A DNA stretch of 64,000 nucleotides from Callorhinchus milii (Eukaryota). Below, one piece after another: positions 1-10,284 of the stretch. The position numbers and the translations under genes are program-made. The DNA is taken from assembly GCF_018977255.1 (NCBI RefSeq), contig NW_024704743.1:27406001-27470000 (forward strand), read 5' to 3'. Below the pieces are notes generated by a model. It saw nothing but the letters and a program-made list of their open reading frames with translations. It did no database searches and was not told the DNA's origin. Within the stretch, counting starts at the first letter, position 1. Each line of letters starts with the position of its first letter.

Positions 1-54
1 TACAATATATCCTGACACATCCTCCTGATATGAAAGATGCTATACCAAATGTTA

Positions 55-396
55 GTATAGAGGGGTAGAGGAAGAGTGTACCAGAGTTTTGGCATGTAGT
101 GGCTGAAAGCGTGGCATCCAATGGTGGAACGGAATGCTTGAGGGACACGCAGAAGGCCAGAGCCAGTTCAGTGGAGGCAGCGGGTTGCGGGTTGGTGGGG
201 AGGCAAGCAGGTTGGAGAGATAGGGAGGTGTCAGGGTATGAAGGGATTTGAAAGCGGGTGTGAGGATCTTGAGATAGATCTTTTCGGTGATAGGGATCCA
301 GTGTAGCCTGGCTAGAATTAGTACGATGGGGTTGAGCACTTTAGTGCAGATGAGTATGCGGGCGATGAAGTTTCGGATCAGCTGGATCCTCTGCAT
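55..396 (-). mobile_element. L2-clade LINE ORF2 C-terminal fragment
   Basis: Translation ...LARLHWIPITEKIYLKILTPAFKSLHTLTPPYLSNLL matches the L2 'LHWLP..RI.FK.L....K.L.G.APPYL' motif seen in other copies in this window. Confidence 0.85.
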
Positions 397-1044
397 GGTT
401 TCCGTTATCTAGAATTTAACAGATTTCTGTTATCTAGAAATTCAATGTCCTCCTACACACACTATACCTCACCAGACTTTGAAGTTCAATGATCTGCTTG
501 CTCTTTCCATGTTCCCAGATAAGCAACCAATTACTTTGATTTTGGAGGAAATATAAATCAGGACAACCAATTACTTTGAGCAGGACTCCCCCAAAGTGAC
601 ACCAGAAGTTCTGTTTCAGTGATGATACAGATGGAGAATGCTACACACAGCCCACAGACTCATTTGAGTGGAATCAGACACTTTCGTGGATTCACATAGA
701 TTGTACAGCACGGAAACAGGCATTCGGCCCAAATAGTCAGTGTTGGTACGATATCACCTTGTTGATATAGCACCTTATCATGGAAAACTGTGCTTTGTTT
801 CGCTTCATTTGAGAGGATAACAAATCATTTTTTATTTGCAGCACTTTGCTCCACTTTATAACCACCATCTTCTTCCAATTCTATCGTAATGCTACATTTC
901 AAACTCCTGTACAATACGAGTAATAACCCTTGCATTTGATATAGTGCCTTTCATGTCCAGAGGACATCGCAAAGTGGTTTGCAAGATATAGTGTGGTGAC
1001 TGTATGTTACAACCAAAGCTTGCTCATCTATGGATACCTTGGGA

Positions 1045-1447
1045 CAAATTTGGAAAACCATGGTAATTGTTTTGAGCATTTCAGCATATCAGCAATCGCG
1101 TTGAGGTTTTTAAAAATGTGCATCGTGTATGAATGAATACCTAAGAAACAGGTACATTCTAAATTATCATGTGCACACAGTGATTCAACATGGACCAATC
1201 AACTGGCACGTCTTATTTTGGTCCAGTCCCCAAGATCTGTTGATCAATTTATCTTGCTACATTTACCCGACTGCCTCACCAGTCAGTTTTCTCACTTATC
1301 TGATGACGGTACGACAATTTGTCGGTACGCACGGTGTGCTGATATTCGTGTACAGGCAGATTTTTTTTGTAGTATATGCACGATTTTGCATGAACGCGAT
1401 CTCTGCATATGTATATTAATCAAATATTGCCACTCAGTTCAATTTGT
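1045..1447. repeat. Degenerate fold-back / MITE-like element
   Basis: Left CATATCAGCAATCGCGTTGA..AAAATGTGCAT resembles the reverse complement of the right end (CATATGCAGAGATCGCGTTCA..AAAATCGTGCAT); ACAAATT/AATTTGT at the termini. Confidence 0.4.
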
Positions 1448-3309
1448 ATTTATTTTACTTCATTGAATGCAAGAGTGAAATATTTACCACAAAATACACA
1501 ATCAAATTCACTTTACAGTATATCTTGTGAAACGCTTTCAGAAGTCTCAACAACATAATGAGGTGCTATATCAAATGCCAGGATTATCATTATTGTTACT
1601 TCCACACATTTATTTTTCCATCCTTATTATTTGTTACTTTATTTCATGTAACCTGATTCTACTACAAATAATAATAATAAACCTTGCCTTTGGTATAATC
1701 TTTTCATGCAGTCAAAATGTCTCAAAGTACATCATAGGATTTTACTGTAAAGTGTAGTGACTGTGTATTTGAAGGTTAATTTGTATTTGATGTTCACCTA
1801 CTGTTCTGCTTGTTGTGGGCGTAAAGGGGATACAAACACACTTTTCTTTCCAAAATTCCTTTCGGTTTTCCAATTCCACTCTTACTCATTCTCTACATTT
1901 CAGGCAGGAGTAGAGCATTGATCCATCTGGCCCAATTTCCGTAAGATTTCTTTCAAGTATGAATATTGCTTTCCTCTGATCTAATTTGCTTTTACTTATT
2001 ATTCTTTTGGAATTGCACATTTGATTGCGTGTTCATATTGTCACTCGACCAAGTTTATTCTTCTCAGAATCCGAGTCAATTTTTTTTATTCATTAACACC
2101 TCTCTTCCAAATCCATCACCGAATTTCCTGTCTCTCTAGTCATTTCTGTATTTTAACCATCAACCTTTTTTGGGTCAGCCAGGTGGGTGACACATGCGGA
2201 CACATCACCATGCTTAAGAGCATCCAAACCAGACTGAGGGTTCTACTCATGCATTTATCTCTTAGAGTGATGACACATTGATGTAGATCGGTCTCTTTGT
2301 GGACTATCTGCTTCTCTCCATTTTTAGCTTGCCCACTGTGACGGCACAATGTTACAGTGATAAGGCCATTCAAATGCTAGGATAACTTTATTACCGTAAT
2401 ATTACTACTAGCCTAAAAAATTGCAAAACACAGTTTTTAATGAATATAATACCACATCACCACTCTGCAACATCCCCAACCTGTCCATGTGATAGCATAG
2501 CCTTAGACAATCTAGCCCAGTAAACAGAACCTTTAAGACCCACCTTTGATCCAGTCTCAGAAGAGACTCAGAACAAGTTTATTTAAAGCTTTTGCACCAC
2601 AATGTGCAATGTCCTTCAAGGCGATGTCATAGTTGGTCACCACAGTATCAAACCCATGCCAGTGGTCCAAAATGTTAGCTTTTATTTAAAAAAAACTTTG
2701 AGCTAATTTGGCTTAATCCTTAAAAAAAAATTTACTTGGAGTGATTGTTATTTGGAAAGCAAACCATGAGCCCCAAATAAAATGCAGCAACAAATATGAC
2801 CCACATAGTTTGTGCAGCTGCAAATGGACTTTAATATTTTAGAATCTACTTGTATCACTACATAGATGCATTTGTGTCAATTTGCCTAGGATTTGTTGAT
2901 AACCTGATGAAAGCGACTTGTCTTGGAGAAAGGCATGGAAAAGTTTACTGCAAACAAAAACAGTAATCTAGGTCAAGTCTCAATTAAGTTAGTTCAGGAA
3001 TAGCAAATTCAATTGCAATTACCATTACTTTAACTATCTAGAGTTCCAGAGATCACATTTACTTAGGTAAATACTGGTAAACAAATACAATTATCCACAA
3101 AAATGGATAAATAGCAAGTCAATTCCACTCTAATTGGCACATTAACACACTAGGTATACATATAAGTGTAATAAATATCAATGTAATTGATGGAGTGGAT
3201 CGAATATTATAACATATACCAAGCATTTTCACAATGCATGACAACGGAATACAAGTACGTTAAATATTAATGCAATGCATTTCAAATGTGTGAATCTTAC
3301 TCTTTGAAA

Positions 3310-3480
3310 TCAGGGGAGGAACTGGAAGCAGTGCAGAGAAAGAGCAACGAGAATGATACTCAATTTTGGAGCAATAACTTTGAGCAATGATTAGACAAGC
3401 TTCAGTCTTGAAAGGAGATGACTCAGAGGGGATCTTATTGTGGTCTTTAGATTTTAAGAATATACTTTTGGATGTACCAA
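3310..3480 (+). mobile_element. Old CR1 LINE fragment
   Basis: GAACTGGAAGCAGTGCAGAG..AGCAACGAGAATGATA..AGAGGGGATCTTATT resembles CR1 ORF2 'LE.VQRRATRMI...LRGDLI'. Confidence 0.55.
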
Positions 3481-3944
3481 GACAGTAGAACAAGGGAACA
3501 CAGGTTAAGATTTGCAAAGGGAGATTTCAGAACAGAACCAGGTAGCATTAATACATTATAATATCTGCCGTACAGGAGGTAAACCTCCCCACTCTGGTTT
3601 ATTGGCTATCATGTTTGTAATCCCATACCCCTTCATCATGATAGCCAAAAGAATCAGGCATCCAGTTGTGCACATATGCAAAATTATTAGGTTACTGGTT
3701 TATTCACACTGTGCAACTAAATTACGTTCTTAGTAACCTTGCATACATGCTGCTAGCACAACAGTAAATGTTGATAATTTTGTACAGTGTAGGATTAAGG
3801 ACAGAAGAAGATATAGAATATAGAGAGGGCGAAAGTTAGAGAGAGAAACAGATTGAGATTCAGAGAGAGAGAAGGCTAGCCTGAAAGGGGTTTGGGACAT
3901 TAGACATAATTATGTTTGAATGTTTAAAATCCTAACCCCCTACC

Positions 3945-4124
3945 AACCTGCCCGTTCCCTCCGCTCAGCCGGCTCCAGCCTGCTCCAAGTCCCCCGACCC
4001 ACCCGCCACACCATTGGCGGGGCCACTCTGCTGGGTCAGAAATACTGAACTCTGTACAGCACCTTGGGACGTTCTCCTGACGTGAAAGGCGCTATACAAA
4101 TGTAATCTTGTTGTTGTTGTTGTT
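3945..4124 (+). mobile_element. L2 LINE 3' end
   Basis: Ends GGGACGTTCTCCTGACGTGAAAGGCGCTATACAAATGTAATC(TTG)n, the same tail as the long L2 at 12458. Confidence 0.7.
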
Positions 4125-5974
4125 GAAGGAAAGAAGGAGCCACTACCTCTACAACAGCCATGCACTAGTGAGATAGGTTCTTGATTTAGATCACTATCAA
4201 TTGACGCCTACTGGAAAGTAACCTTGTATGGATTTCTGTCAAAAACATAATCATAACACCCATAACTTATTGATACTGGCCTGGATCACAACTAAAAAAT
4301 GAGCACTTTGGTGAGTTGTTGCTTAGGTTGTCAGGACCCATGTATAAAATGCCTGAGAATCTGCAGTAGAGAACTTTGAGAAAGAGAAATAGAGGGGACA
4401 CGATGGTTCTTGGTGTGATTTTTTTACCTCCATAATTTACGGTGATTAAAATAATAACTCACAAGGAACAAAGTAAAGTTCTTAAATATTTAGCTAGCTG
4501 AACACCGGATTATTGACTTAATGTACCAGAAGTTCAATGTGCTGGATAATTGATTAGCAGCATGTGGAGAAGGGTTACACATAAGAGCTGTGTACTGCAC
4601 TGATGGTAACTTGTTTGTTCTACGTTGCATCCACTGATACAGGAGCTCGTAGTAATATGATAGTGGGATTTTTCTGCTGATCCATTACTGAAAAAGTCAC
4701 CATCACCTCTGGAAAGGATGCATACTGGATAATAATTAAATAGTTTTAGATTGCACAAGAGATTCTTATTTCATAGGTCACTGGGCAACAAAATAAATTC
4801 TAGATATTGATCCTCTCAAGGTAGATAACAGTGGCAGATCTCACAGCAAAACATCTCTGATTGTGATAGTCAGTGCTAGTGTTTTATCTCCACATGAACT
4901 ACATAATCCTACTCTCCTCCTTTTAAAATAATTTGAGGACTCTGCTTTAGCAATGAGAGAATCAGCTTGGTCTTTTGGGTAAATCACCTTGTGGTTGAAT
5001 GGTCCACAACTTCTCATGGTCAAGGCACCCAAACGGATAATAATAACAATAATAATTCTTGCATTTTGCACAGTACCTGTTATGTCAGGAGGATGTCCCA
5101 AAGCGCTTCACAGGATTCACTGTAAAGTGTAGTGATCGTGTGTTTCTAGGCGTTGGAGTGTCATCTTAGACAATACAATTTCCAAGTCATGGCATGGGGT
5201 ATTCACCCACAACCTTCTGACTCAGAGATGAGATGTACCAACAGAGCCAGAAAAACAGTTATTTCGGCAGGTTATTGAAAGGTTATGACAAACCTTGCAA
5301 CCAACTTTAGAGTATGAAGAAAAAGAAGGCAAAGCACCTTGAGGTGAAAGTGCAGAAAAAATAGAGTAAAGAAGTTTGCAGGAGTTGTAATTTGAGACTT
5401 TCTGCAGAGGAGGTGAATGTCTGTTAGGTGCAGCAGCAAAGGCAAAGTCAAGGTAATGCAGAACTTCTGAGATCATGCATGACCATTATGGAGTGAAGAG
5501 GTCACCAGAGAAGAATTTACAGACAGCATAGTAAAGGGTCGTAGCATTAGAACAAAGTGCCTTTGAATGAAGTGCCAACACTCTGGACCAGAGCAGTAGG
5601 ACACTGGATCAAAGTCATGATAGCCATGAATGGCAACTTGCCAGTCTCATCTGTCCTATTTGGGGCAAATTTTATCAATGACCTGGATATATTACCAGGG
5701 GAAATAAATAAATATTTATAGTCTAAATAAAACTTTGACTGCTTGCAAATACCCATAGTAATTGATTGCAGCACTATTACTTCTAAAACCTGTCCACCCT
5801 TTTAAGCAAAGAAATGACCAAAAAGGCAGATAAAACAATGCAATGAAGCAATTGGATCGGTCATGTAGCATATCAACATAGGTAAATTAAGAATAGACTG
5901 TTGTGGAGAAATTTCACCTGGCTCTAGATTTAATAATAATGATAATACTTGCATTTGATATAGTGGCTTATTAT

Positions 5975-6294
5975 GGAGTCCTGTAGCTCAGTGGTTAGAG
6001 CATTCGCTTTGCAAGTGAGAGACCTGAGTTCAATTCCAGGCAGAGGGCGAAACCTTGGGCAAGTTTCCTTACTCCACACGCCTAATAATAATCCCTACAA
6101 AAAAAAAAACAATAATAAATTGGTCATTTTCAATCTACGACTGTTTGTGGGACATTGCTGTGCGCAATTGGCTGCCGCGTTCACCCACAAATATACAGTC
6201 AATTCACTTTACAGTATGTTCTGTGAAGCGCTTTGGGACGTCCTCCCAACGGGAAAAGCGCTATATCAAATGCAAGGATTATTATTATTATTAT
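5975..6294 (+). mobile_element. tRNA-derived SINE family A, young short subfamily
   Basis: Pol III A box (TAGCTCAGTGG) and B-box-like GAGTTCAATTCC, Deu-type tail GTGGGACATTGCTGTGCGCAATTGGCTGCC...AAATGCAAGG(ATT)n; near-identical to copies at 33174 and 50196. Confidence 0.92.
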
Positions 6295-6429
6295 GTTATT
6301 ACAATTATTATATTATTATATATTATTATTATGTTATGTTGTTGAGGTGCCTCAAAGCACTTCGCAGAATATACTGTAGAGTGAATCCTACTGACGTGAA
6401 AATTACAAATGTAATTTTTGTTGCTGCTG

Positions 6430-6610
6430 AATTTATTTAAATTGTGCAACATTTCAGAGTATCCAGAATTTGGCAAACTGTGAAATTCAGCCTTAACTTT
6501 AAATTTCTGTAGTTCTTAAATCGTCAGAATACCAGCTTCAAAATCGTGGCTGCATTTAAGTATTTGCCAAATTCTGGACTCTCTGAAATGCAACATAAAT
6601 GGAATAAATC
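6430..6610. repeat. Fold-back MITE-like element
   Basis: Inverted arms CATTTCAGAGTATCCAGAATTTGGCAAA (6450-6477) and TTTGCCAAATTCTGGACTCTCTGAAATG (6563-6590), 26/28 paired; related sequence near 33600-33715. Confidence 0.7.
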
Positions 6611-6700
6611 TGGTCCCTTGTGAAATTTCTAGCCTTTGTATTAGTAGTTAATGTAGTTCAATAGATCACTTAACAAGAAATTATATATACATATATACAT

Positions 6701-7025
6701 AGAGCCCTGTAGCTCAGTGGTTAGAGCATTCACCTACAAGCGAGAGAACTGGGTTCGATTCCTGGCAGGGCGAAATGTTGGACAAGTTTCTGTACTCCAC
6801 ATGCCTTTCTTTACCAAGCAGTAAGTAGAAATCCAGTTGTTAGTCGATTGGCGGATCGCTTTACCGTGGGTAAAAAAAATAATAAATTGGTCACTTCAAT
6901 GCCTGTTTGTGGGACACTGCTGTGCGCAATTGGCTGCTGTGTTTCACCCACAAAATATACAGTCAATTCACTTCACAGTATATTTTGTGAAGTGATAAAG
7001 CACTATATCAAATGCAAGGATTATT
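6701..7025 (+). mobile_element. SINE family A, long subfamily
   Basis: TAGCTCAGTGG...GGTTCGATTCC head, GCAGTAAGTAG middle, Deu-type tail ending AAATGCAAGGATTATT. Confidence 0.9.
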
Positions 7026-7044
7026 GAGGATACTATACATATAC

Positions 7045-7381
7045 TGTAGCTTAGTGGTTAGAGCACTTGTCTGGATTTGATTCCCGGCCAGGGTGAAATG
7101 TTGGGCAAGTTTCCTTACTCCACACGACACTGTTTACTTAGCAATACATAGAAACCCGGTTATTAGTCGATTAGCAGATCGCTTTCTGGCAGTAATAATA
7201 TCTCAAAAAAAACAATTTGGTCACTTCATCGATGACTGATGTGAGACATGATTAACTGCCATGTTTTACCCACAAAATATACAGTCAATTGACTTTACAT
7301 TATATTCTGTGAATCCCTCTGAGACATCTCGAAGACTTGATACGGACCTATATCAAATGCAAAAGGTTCATTATTATTATA
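7045..7381 (+). mobile_element. SINE family A, older copy
   Basis: CTGTAGCTTAGTGGTTAGAGCAC head and the same body and tail, more diverged. Confidence 0.85.
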
Positions 7382-8799
7382 AACATCTCATCTATCATAT
7401 TGGGATGCACAACTGTAGTGATTTCACAATGTAAATAATAAGTAGTTTTGTCAAATATTGTGCAAAAAGTTGCTTCAGAAAACTATAGTAATTAAAAATG
7501 TTTTATATTAAAACATAAACTATCCAATTATGTTTTGTTCCACGTCACATTAAACAATAACTCATGATTGAGGGACAAAAGGTTTTACTGCTGTAAGGTA
7601 TTTTATATGTACCTTGCACACATTAGGTGCCTGTGTATGCAGTGAGTTAGATTCTAAAGCAAATATGAGTAATTAAAATTACAAGTAAGGAAAAAAGTAT
7701 CAGGTTTATATTTCATGGTTGACTTTCAAATTATCAATCCTTGCATTTAATAAAGTACCTTATCACGTCTTCAAGATGTCTCAAAATGCTTCACAGAATT
7801 GAATGTATATTTTGTGGAACTGACATTGCTGTATTTGGCGCATTAAACAATGAATTATTGAGCACCATAATAAAGAAGTTGAAGATCCTTTACAGGAGAA
7901 TCCAAGTGATGGAAAGAATATTTGTGCACTGAATGTGACTTTACTTCCACTCTTTCCATACTGTTGCAACGGCAAATAAAGTAAAACAAAATGACATTCA
8001 GTTGCCGAATAAGTTTTACATAATGTACACCAGCCATTGAATTTCACAGCAATCAGCTGTGCACAATATCTCAATGAATTTAAGGTAATGATGTTACAGT
8101 TTTCAATTTCTCACTGTGAATGTCAATATTCATCAAGAGCACAAAATGTGCTGGTAGGCTGTGTGCGCATTGCACTGACAGCTGCTGTCTGCATAAAAAT
8201 GGACTCAGAATTTGAATGTTAAAAACAATCCATGAAATGAGATCAAAGAGAATTAGTTCATCAATAATTAACTCCAAATAATCTATTGATATTCAGGCAA
8301 CATGTACTTTTTTAACATGTTGAGCTCACACGTTCGAAAGGAACACTGTTCAGTCCAGGGACCCTTCTATTTCTGTGGACCCAATAGAAGTAATTTTTTT
8401 TATTAAGAAACATAAGTACATAAGAGTCAACATGAGTTTAAAATACAGCCCATCGTCTATCACGTCAACACCATTTAGCAGTAGTGGTCAATCTTTTTGG
8501 TCAGCCAACAAAATACATTTTCTTTATTGAATCTTTCTTGATTTTTGCCATAGATCAAGAAAGATTCAATCAAGAAAAACCTGAAAACACACGACCTATT
8601 GAACACGGACTTACCTCGACTTGTGTGAATGTTTGTGGGGCCGCTCCCTGATGGCCCCTTGGGCTGGAACCATCCCACAGGTCATTGTTTTGTCGGGACT
8701 GCGGTGGAGTGTGAAGAGAATATCAGATATATCAATACATAGTTATTTAAGTCGAGTTTGGGTTAAACTGCTGTATATTGTTGGTGGAAGAGAAAGTTG

Positions 8800-9080
8800 A
8801 AGGAGCTTAGAGGTTCCACAATCTTATAAAAGATCAAAAAGGGAGTTTAGAAGGAATATCTTTACACAGTAAGTGGTGGGAATATGAAATTCACTGCCAG
8901 AAGCTGTGGTTGAAGCTCCAAGCAGCAATGCATTTAAGATGATGCATATATGAGGAAAAAGGAATAGAGAAGTATGAGAGAGGGGATTAGCAGTGGAGCC
9001 TCATGTGGAGTATAATCACTGGTGCAGATTAGTTGGATCAAAGGTCCTGTTTCATTGCTGCACAATCTCTGTAATTGTAT
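8800..9080 (+). mobile_element. CR1 LINE 3' fragment
   Basis: TTTACACAG..GTGGTGGGAATATGAAATTCACTGCCAGAAGCTGTGGTTGAAGCT resembles CR1 'FTQRVV..WNSLP..VVEA', followed by a CR1-like 3' UTR. Confidence 0.65.
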
Positions 9081-9084
9081 GTTA

Positions 9085-9475
9085 TAATAATAATCTTTGC
9101 ATTTGATATAACGGCTTATCCCTTCATCAAAACGTCTCCAAACATTTCATATGCTGTAAAATGGATTGACTGTGTACTATGTGGGAGAAACATAGCAACC
9201 AGTTTGCGCACAGCAATGTCCCATGAACAGCCATGAAGTGAATGACCACAGGGAGAAATTGCCTTCTCCTTTCAAATAGTGCCATGGGATTTTTAACATC
9301 CACTTGAACAGGCAGGTGGGACCTCGGTTTAATGTCTCAACCAAAGGACGGCACCTCCAACAATACAACACACCCCCAGCATTGATTTAAAGTGTCATTC
9401 TTAGACTATGTGATTCAAAGTCTCAACGTGGGACTTGAACTCGCAATCTTCTGATTCAGAGGCGAGAGTGCTTTC
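9085..9475 (-). mobile_element. SINE family B (SacSINE1/Deu-domain-like)
   Basis: Reverse complement contains CTCTGAATCAGAAGATTGCGAGTTCAAGTCCCAC head, GGAGGTGCCGTCCTTTGGTTGAGACATTAAACCGAGGTCCC Deu-like body and (ATT)n tail. Confidence 0.85.
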
Positions 9476-9859
9476 ATCAAAGGACCAGCTACTCCAAACT
9501 TGAACTGAAAAAAACAAGCTACCGCTTAAAACAAAGAATATTACTCAAGATATCTGAGGTTAACTGTGTTGACTGAACATTAATTTTATAGTATCTTTGA
9601 ATTTTTTTTGCGTGCTGGCAATATTTAAAATAATAATAATAATAATCCTTGCATTTGATAAAGCACCTTACCACATCTTCAACACAGAATATATGTGAAG
9701 TGAATTGATTGATTATTCTGTGGGAGAAACACGGCAGTCACTTGCGCACAGCAGTGTCTCACAAACTCACAAACAGTCGTGGATGATTGACCACATTTTT
9801 TTTAAGGGTTTATTATCCCTAGTGAACCGACAATCGACTAACATTTGGTTGTCTGCCTG

Positions 9860-10284
9860 TTTCAGTTGGTAGCCACCTTGCCTCTGATTCAGAGGGTTGT
9901 TGGTTCAAACACCACATCGGGTCTTTGAGCCCATAAGCTAGGCTGACATCCCAGGGCAATATTGGGGGTTTGTTGCATTGTTGGAGGTGCTACCATTCAG
10001 ATGAGACGTTAAACCGAGGTCCCATCTGCCTGTTTAGGGAGATATTAAAGATCGCACAACTCAAAAAGAGAAGGGAGTTTTTCCTCATATCCTGGCCTAT
10101 TTGTTGTTGTTTGTTGTTGGATAAAATATTGGTTATTCACTTCATGGCTGTTTGTGGGAAATTGTGCAAAATTGGCTGCCATGTTCACCTACAAAATGTA
10201 CAGTGAGTGCACTTTACAGTAATTCCTGTAAAGCATTTGAAGCATTCTCTTAACGTATCGAATTCAATGAATATTATTATTATT
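9860..10284 (+). mobile_element. SINE family B
   Basis: TCAGTTGGTAG..CCTCTGATTCAG head; GGAGGTGC..CAGATGAGACGTTAAACCGAGGTCCC body; (ATT)n tail. Confidence 0.85.

Noticed and set aside
1301..1342. CTGATGA-hairpin-CTGA as a C/D snoRNA or hammerhead ribozyme
   Set aside because: Too short for a snoRNA, no GAAA after the stem, and it lies inside a fold-back repeat.
2904..2931. CTGATGA...GAAA hammerhead-like motif
   Set aside because: Stem II does not close adjacent to GAAA and I see no stems I or III.
5975..6050. tRNA gene-like sequence (also at the other family-A heads)
   Set aside because: It runs straight into a SINE body and tail, is multicopy, and lacks a matching acceptor stem and poly-T terminator; it is a SINE head.
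5973..6440. Recurrent 'MESCSSVVRA...' ORFs (also 33210 and 50142) as a gene family
   Set aside because: These are chance translations of near-identical SINE copies.
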